Positions 60,161-64,000 of a stretch of 64,000 nucleotides of DNA are shown one piece after another. This stretch comes from an uncultured bacterium. Its GTDB lineage: Bacteria > Muiribacteriota > UBA9980. Location: positions 74 to 64,073 of the forward strand of contig CAYQWL010000003.1 of the NCBI GenBank assembly GCA_964421195.1. Reading direction: 5' to 3'. The notes below the pieces were generated by a model, which saw only the letters and a list, made by a program, of their open reading frames with translations, was not told the DNA's origin and searched no databases. The number at the start of each line of letters is the position of its first letter. Position 1 is the stretch's first letter. The position numbers and the translations under genes are program-made.

Positions 60161-61631
60161 TATATGTCTGATACTCGAAGGCACATATCCTTATATAACC
60201 GGAGGCGTATCGAGCTGGATACACGATATAATAACAAACCTCGATGATTTTACCTTCGATATTATAGCGATTTTACCTTCTAAAAATTATGTACGTGAAT
60301 ATAAATTTAAAATACCGCCAAACGTAAATACAATAAATAACCTTTATTTAAACGAAATAAATGATGAATCGAATAAAATATCAAGCTCTATTAAAAATCA
60401 AAATTTTTTTAATGAATTATCGGCATGTTTCATCGGGCAAAAAGAACTTAAATTAAATGAATTAAGCTCTATCGTTAATATTTTCGATAAATATAAACCA
60501 TCTCTCGGAGATTTTATAAATACAAAAGAAGGATGGAATTTTTTTTTAAAATTATATGAAACTTTCGATCCTGATTTTTCATTTATAGATTTTTTCTGGA
60601 CTACGCGTTTTATATTAGTTCCTATAATCAACATTATAAATTTTATACCGCCTGACTGCAAATGTTTTCACAGCGTTTCTACAGGCTATGCCGGCCTGTT
60701 AGCGGGACTTTCGCGGCTTCGTTTTAAAAAACCGCTTCTATTAACCGAACATGGTATTTATACGAATGAAAGGCTCCTCGAAATAATCAATGCCAGATGG
60801 ATATATGATCAGCATATAGATTCAATAGATATCAGCCGTGATCTATCGCCGCTAAAAAGATTGTGGATAAATCTTTTTATCTATATAGGAAAAATTACCT
60901 ATTACTGTTCTGACAAAATAATAACGCTTTTTAAAGAAAACATGCGGCTTCAAATTAAATTAGGCGCGCCGGCCGAAAAATGCGTAGTAATACCTAACGG
61001 CATCGATTGCGCGCGTTTTAACCAGAAAAGAACTAAAATACCATCAGCGCCTGATTATACGGTAGGTTTCGCGGGAAGAATAGTTCAAATTAAAGATATT
61101 AAAACCCTGTTATACGCCGCCAGATTTGTTATCGACAGACTGCCCGGCGCGAAATTTATATTAAAAGGGCCGATCGATGAAGAAAAATCATATTATAAAG
61201 AGTGCCGCGTGCTCGCCGAATTGCTTAACTTAAATAACGGAGTAATATTCGCGGGGCCGGGAGACGTAAGCGGTTTTTATAAAGATATAGATCTCTTAGT
61301 ACTTTCTTCCATTTCAGAAGCTCAACCGCTCGCGCTTTTAGAAGCTAATTTATGCAAAGTGCCAGTAGTTTCGACAGATACAGGCGCCGTGCGCGAACTC
61401 ATTTATGGAGCTGATGAAGAAGATGCCAGAATAGGCCCGTCAGGCGCCGTAGTACCCGTTAAATCACCCGAAGCGCTCGGCTTACAAATTATTAAATTAT
61501 TGACCGAACCCGATACGAACATCAAATTCGGAGAAAACGGAGAAAAAAGAGTAATGCGTTATTATAAAAAAGAAGATTTAATAAATAAATACCATAAAAT
61601 ATATAGTGAATTAATAGAGGAGCGCGATTAA
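60144..61631 (+). CDS. pelF: PelF-like cytoplasmic GT4 glycosyltransferase
   Basis: The N-terminus ADICLILEGTYPYITGGVSSWIHDII matches the PelF-specific N-terminal domain as recalled. The C-terminal GT4 E-x7-E region is PLALLEANLCKVPVVSTDTG. 495 aa. Confidence 0.8.
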   Translation: MSAMADICLILEGTYPYITGGVSSWIHDIITNLDDFTFDIIAILPSKNYVREYKFKIPPNVNTINNLYLNEINDESNKISSSIKNQNFFNELSACFIGQKELKLNELSSIVNIFDKYKPSLGDFINTKEGWNFFLKLYETFDPDFSFIDFFWTTRFILVPIINIINFIPPDCKCFHSVSTGYAGLLAGLSRLRFKKPLLLTEHGIYTNERLLEIINARWIYDQHIDSIDISRDLSPLKRLWINLFIYIGKITYYCSDKIITLFKENMRLQIKLGAPAEKCVVIPNGIDCARFNQKRTKIPSAPDYTVGFAGRIVQIKDIKTLLYAARFVIDRLPGAKFILKGPIDEEKSYYKECRVLAELLNLNNGVIFAGPGDVSGFYKDIDLLVLSSISEAQPLALLEANLCKVPVVSTDTGAVRELIYGADEEDARIGPSGAVVPVKSPEALGLQIIKLLTEPDTNIKFGENGEKRVMRYYKKEDLINKYHKIYSELIEERD

Positions 61632-61632
61632 A

Positions 61633-63117
61633 ATGGCGGGAATAGGGTTCAGATTTCGTGAAATAGCCGAAAACGGAAGCTATCTCGGCGCCGTAAAAAG
61701 CTATGCTTATTCTTCAATTTTCGCGGCGGGGCCGTGGATACTGACCATGATCACCATATCCGCGTTAAACGCCATAGCGCCTCCCGAAATAAGCGGAACC
61801 ACATTGCTCGAATTCCGCGCGCTTCTTTCATACATTTTTTCATTCAGCCTCATTCTTACCGGAACTTTTCAACTCGCGATAGTAAGATATATTGCAGATA
61901 AAATTTCCGACAAAGACCGCGAAGAACTATTATCGCTTTTCATAGGCACTAACTTTTTTTTCTCAATTTTATCCATAACATTCGGCGCATTTTTCTTTTC
62001 AGGCACGAACGGCTCCGCAATTTTAAGAATAACGGCGATAATGCTTTTTTGCGTAATCTGCCTTATATGGAACGGAATGGCTTTTTTAACCGCTATTAAA
62101 GATTATAAATTCATAATTTTCGTTTTTTCTTCCGGAACAATCGCTTCTATAATTTTATGCGCATATCTAAAAAATATTTATGGTTTAAATGGATATCTAT
62201 TCGGATTTTTTCTGGGACAATTATATGTTTTTTCAGGAATCACCGCCGAAATAACCCGCGAATTTTTTAATAAAAAAGGAGTAACCTATTATTTTTTCGG
62301 CTATTTTAAAAAATATTTTATTCTAATTATCGCGGGACTCGCTTATAATACCGGAATCTGGATAGATAAATTTATAATCTGGAATTCGGCTGAAAACCAG
62401 TGTTATCTTGGAAATTTAAGAGTATCGGGTAATTTCGATCTGGCGGTTTTCGTGGCATACTTATCCATAATACCCGCGCTTGGATATTTTTTCGCCCGAA
62501 TCGAAACCGACTTTTACGATCTTTATAAATCATATTTTAATTCAATATTTAATAAAGACAGCTTTCAAAAAATAAATCAAAAAAAAGATGATATTATAAA
62601 AATGGCCGACGAATCGATATTAAATCTCATTAAAATACAGGGAACACTGACTTTATTATGCTATTTAAATGCCGATATCATAATGAAACGGTTCGGAGGA
62701 GGAGGCGATGCCGTCTGCGCTTCCATTTATAAATTAGCCGTAATAGGAGTATTTTTTCATATTTTATTTTTATTTTTAACTATTTTTATGATGTATTTCG
62801 AATTTTACAGAGCCCTTTTAACGGCCAATTTATCTTTTTTAATACTCAACGCCGCGCTCACCCGGTATGCGTTATGTTATGATTACAATCCGGCGGCGGG
62901 CTATACGGTGGCGGCGGGCATATGCTGTTTACTTTCTTTTTTTCTTTTTCATTATAAAATTAAAGATCTTCCATTTTATACCTTCGTAGAACAACCGATA
63001 ACTCCGGCGCTCGAAGAAAAAGCAGTATTCGATGCTTTTAAAACCCTTGAAACGGCGGGCATCAAAAACGTATGTAAATCAGAAACGCTCAAAGGAGTAA
63101 ATATAGATGAGCTATAA
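61633..63117 (+). CDS. pelG: PelG-like polytopic membrane protein (MOP/MATE-like exporter family)
   Basis: MAGIGFRFREIAENGSYLGAVKSYAYSSIFAAGPW matches the characteristic PelG N-terminus (MAGIGFEL...). About 12 TM helices. 494 aa. Confidence 0.8.
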   Translation: MAGIGFRFREIAENGSYLGAVKSYAYSSIFAAGPWILTMITISALNAIAPPEISGTTLLEFRALLSYIFSFSLILTGTFQLAIVRYIADKISDKDREELLSLFIGTNFFFSILSITFGAFFFSGTNGSAILRITAIMLFCVICLIWNGMAFLTAIKDYKFIIFVFSSGTIASIILCAYLKNIYGLNGYLFGFFLGQLYVFSGITAEITREFFNKKGVTYYFFGYFKKYFILIIAGLAYNTGIWIDKFIIWNSAENQCYLGNLRVSGNFDLAVFVAYLSIIPALGYFFARIETDFYDLYKSYFNSIFNKDSFQKINQKKDDIIKMADESILNLIKIQGTLTLLCYLNADIIMKRFGGGGDAVCASIYKLAVIGVFFHILFLFLTIFMMYFEFYRALLTANLSFLILNAALTRYALCYDYNPAAGYTVAAGICCLLSFFLFHYKIKDLPFYTFVEQPITPALEEKAVFDAFKTLETAGIKNVCKSETLKGVNIDEL

Positions 63118-64000
63118 AAATAAAATTATATTATTATTTACACTATTTGAATTATCATCGGTTATATTTTTTTCCGCCGTCCCGCTTCGCGGCGAAGACA
63201 GTATTTACAGACAAAACGAATTAAACATAAGCCTCGATATAAAAAACGCTCTTTCAGATTATAAAAGTGCGGCGCAAACCGCTTTATATGCAGGTTCTCT
63301 TGAAATCGCCCTTAAATTCGGCAAAAAAAGTCTTGAAACAAAAGCGGACGACACAGCTACGGTTCTTATAGTGGCGCAGTCTCTCTTATGGACTTCGAAA
63401 GCGGACGAGGCGGAAAAATATTATAAAAAATACTTCAAACTAAAAGGAACGAAAACTGCTTCTATTTATTATCAGTTTGCCGAATGTCTTAATTCATCCG
63501 GCAAAGCCGATAAGGCTTTGCATTACTTTAACGAAGCCATGAAATTAGCCGGCACGGACGAAACGGAACTTAAAGGCAATATCAATATCGCTAAAGGTTA
63601 TTATTATCTCGAAAAAAACGATTTTATAAAAGCAAAAAATTATTTTTACAGCGCTCTTAAATATGATCTCAAAGCGAAATATCTTGAAGCGATGGGCGAT
63701 TATCACGTCAAATTAGCGGCCGTACAAATTCCTGAAATTTATTTCGATATCGAAACGAAAACCATAATTAAAAAATATTCAGATAAAGATACCAGGCGCG
63801 CTTATGATTATTATAAAAGAAGCCTGAACGAAAAACCCGATAATAAATACATTAAAATTAAAATAAGCGACGCGCGCTGGGCGCTCGGCAAAAAGAAACA
63901 GGCGGTAAGCCTGATGCGCGCCGCGGCGGACGAAACTTTATCTAACTACGCCTTTAGCAGGCTTTCATATTTTTTAAAAGAAGAAAATAAAACAAACGAA
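63107..64000 (+). CDS. secreted TPR-repeat protein, 3'-truncated by the window end (candidate PelB-like N-terminus)
   Basis: Read manually as 63107 ATG (AAGGAG RBS 8 nt upstream, 11-nt overlap with the pelG end) to 64000 with no stop. It shows MSYKNKIILLFTLFELSSVIFFSAVP (signal-peptide-like) followed by TPR-like helical repeats. It is absent from the ORF track because it lacks a stop. Confidence 0.45.
   Translation, partial: MSYKNKIILLFTLFELSSVIFFSAVPLRGEDSIYRQNELNISLDIKNALSDYKSAAQTALYAGSLEIALKFGKKSLETKADDTATVLIVAQSLLWTSKADEAEKYYKKYFKLKGTKTASIYYQFAECLNSSGKADKALHYFNEAMKLAGTDETELKGNINIAKGYYYLEKNDFIKAKNYFYSALKYDLKAKYLEAMGDYHVKLAAVQIPEIYFDIETKTIIKKYSDKDTRRAYDYYKRSLNEKPDNKYIKIKISDARWALGKKKQAVSLMRAAADETLSNYAFSRLSYFLKEENKTNE

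Noticed and set aside
1-64000. CRISPR arrays, IS elements or transposases, integrases, tRNA/rRNA genes
   Set aside because: No regularly spaced direct repeats with unique spacers were seen. There are no DDE, serine or tyrosine recombinase-like ORFs. No GC-rich cloverleaf-sized islands were found in the AT-rich intergenic regions. The only repeat-like tract (36060-36230) is degenerate and lacks spacers.

Overview
Low-GC bacterial chromosome segment. Ala/Gly/Arg codons are GC-rich (GCG/GGC/CGC) while Ile/Lys/Leu use ATA/AAA/TTA. The lineage cannot be assigned from sequence alone and may be uncultivated. Coding density is high and the identifiable features form seven blocks. (1) Left edge: leuC-like aconitase-family dehydratase and an HD-domain hydrolase. 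(2) A ~23 kb cell-surface glycan cluster (2270-25378) with an ABC-transporter export system (Wzm/Wzt, where Wzt has a C-terminal extension). It carries a CDP-glucose-derived sugar branch: cytidylyltransferase, 4,6-dehydratase, C-methyltransferase, RmlC-like epimerase, GNAT, CmcI-like methyltransferase and DegT aminotransferase. It also has an AsnB-type amidotransferase, UDP-glucuronate decarboxylase, seven GT2/GT4/GT9-type glycosyltransferases and three further class I methyltransferases. (3) Bacterioferritin. (4) A translationally coupled fold-I Orn/Lys/Arg decarboxylase plus an NhaC-family antiporter, which is not the usual APC-family partner. (5) A complete chemotaxis operon: a stand-alone degenerate Hpt domain with phospho-His replaced by Tyr, a REC protein, CheA with two Hpt domains and no P2, two MCPs, CheW, CheR, CheB, CheD, CheY and CheX. 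(6) A long minus-strand array: rpmF-plsX-fabD-fabG-acpP-fabF-rnc (no fabH), a radical SAM gene, a SpoVS homolog and a 2-hydroxyacyl-CoA-dehydratase/activase fusion. (7) A Pel-type exopolysaccharide locus with a GH114-like PelA hydrolase module, PelD, an enlarged PelE-like protein, PelF, PelG and a TPR protein running off the window. PelD is a membrane GAF protein with a degenerate GGDEF that keeps the RxxD I-site. No rRNA, tRNA, CRISPR array or transposase was found. Several candidate sigma70-type promoters, hairpins and one AT-rich degenerate tandem repeat are noted.
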